Below, in pieces: positions 59,430 to 64,000 of a stretch of 64,000 nt of DNA. The notes beneath the pieces were generated by a model. It ran no database searches. It was not told where the DNA came from and was given only the letters and a program-made list of their open reading frames with translations. Position 1 is the first letter of the stretch. Each line of letters begins with the position of its first letter. The translations under genes were made by a program, and so were the position numbers. Source of the stretch: Klebsormidium nitens. Its lineage: Eukaryota; Plantae; Klebsormidiophyceae. The DNA is taken from contig DF236964.1 in the NCBI GenBank assembly GCA_000708835.1, positions 1-64,000 of the forward strand. Direction: 5' to 3'.

Positions 59430-60560
59430 TCTCTTCCCCGCTGTCCCAGCCGGTGTGACCAAGGATGGCTCCGTGGTCATATCTAAAAGGTAACCACGTC
59501 CGATAAAGAACAGTCGAACCTTGTGTGCCATGGCACACAAGATCATGCATTGAAGCAAGATTTGCATTGAAGCTTGATTGGATTTTCAACCCCTTTCTAC
59601 TCGCGTCCGTTTGTGCCCGTGATGCCTTACTCACTCAGTTAATACCAACTTGAAGCTACTGCAATGAGCCCCGGCCCTGCATGGCCTCGCACGATACTTC
59701 AGGCCGGATCACTTACTTGAAGGTTGTCAGCATGTTGGACATGTATACAATAAGCTAAGCAACTGATTGGCGGACGTACGTACGTAATGATTATGTATGA
59801 TCATGTACTAAAATAAGTACCTATATATGAAGGCTGCGGAGTGATATGGTGGCCAATTAACCAATCGATCGTACCCGGCAATCTTTTGCCATACTATTAT
59901 CATCATGCCCGCTTGGATCGCTCCATTTCAAAATTGGCCGAGTCGGCCTTGAAGAATATCAAATCTTGCAAATGTGCGCAATGACGTAGTTTCGACTTCT
60001 CAATCGGGTGCATAGCTGCATGGTCCGGTCAGTTCAACCATATACTAGAAATGCACCTGAGAGCTGTCGGAAGTATCTGGGACCATCATTGCGCCACAAC
60101 GGTACGAACAGCAGTATCATGCCATTTTATAGTTACTTCCAGTATTGGACCATTTCAAGTTTGCCTCATCTCATGCAGCCTGGCAGCACAGGCTCTATCC
60201 GAACCACAAAGACAATGATGGTTACTAATGGTTGAGTCTGTTCCCATCATCTCAGATGGCTGATTGCCAGTGACGGCGGCAAGAAGTGACCGCAATGTAC
60301 AGCCATTGACTCAACATGGGACAGCCGTCCTTTACTTCTGGCACACCCAAGCTCGAAAAGTGGATGCAAGTTCAAGCTGACCAGCTCGACTCGTTTGACC
60401 TGGCCTGACTCACCCTACGGCATCATCTTATTATGGCAATGTAAGATTTTGGACTGGAAAAATCCTGCACCCAGCTCATAATCAGCGCGGCCTACCCCAG
60501 ACAGGACCGTGCTCGCAACTGCGTAGTACTGGATACTTGCGGCCATGCGTACCATTCACA

Positions 60561-63532
<2,972 letters not shown>

Positions 63533-63782
63533 TTATTGGCTGTGCTACCAGGGAATACCCAGATTTCACTATATTCTGAGATTATAGCCTGGCGAAAAAA
63601 TCACAGAAGGATTGTACAAGATCTTCTTAGCAGAAGATCGTAGCCGCACTAAGATCGCTCGATTTGAATCTTCAGAGTTGTCTTAGAAAGAGGAGGGGCA
63701 GTAAAAGCTCCCAACTGCTTAGGATGTTGAGGTGGCGGGCCTCTGATTACCTGCTCAGGGCTAGGCTATTAGGCGTGCAGTG

Positions 63783-63828
63783 CAAGACATGTAAGACTTT
63801 CCCCCCAAGACATGTAAGACTTTCCCCC
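63783..63828. repeat. 23-bp perfect tandem duplication (intronic)
   Basis: CAAGACATGTAAGACTTTCCCCC occurs twice in tandem. Confidence 0.9.
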
Positions 63829-64000
63829 TCAAGAAACCCTCCTGCAGCCTACTTTTCAGCTGTTGGTTCACTTACTTTAATGTTTCTGACTACCATGTTT
63901 CGTCTCCAATAGCAGAGCGAGATACCAAACGATGCAATCAACGTACAGCCTTGACAAATCACAACCACTTATTATCGCTTCCCGATTCCTGTCGATGCAC

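Overview
This is intron-rich eukaryotic nuclear DNA (GT-AG introns, GC-rich exons) from a green plant-lineage organism. The single-chain plant-type urease and nuclear SQD1 support that, and the style is consistent with a streptophyte alga such as Klebsormidium (inference). Genes in order: an uncharacterised multi-exon gene (+, about 2.5-7.1 kb); a secreted thioredoxin-fold gene with a CxxxC motif and an apparent 1-nt frameshift (-); a ~17-kb soluble-adenylyl-cyclase (ADCY10)-like gene with C1/C2 cyclase domains, a STAND NTPase and TPR-like repeats, plus a two-component receiver domain spliced in frame inside C1 (-); a membrane-anchored class I SAM methyltransferase (+); a tightly packed same-strand run urease > lipB > ureF > ureD (-) with gaps of 282, 127 and 205 bp; a coiled-coil protein with three GATA-like zinc fingers (+); and the 3' part of SQD1 (-). 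Two window-wide patterns stand out. The palindrome TGACGTCA occurs at least 22 times where about 1 is expected by chance. Seven degenerate 'shadow' copies of splice-junction/exon ends lie 127-171 bp from their functional copies. No rRNA, tRNA, CRISPR array or intact transposon was recognised. Exon coordinates were read by eye and may be off by a few bases.
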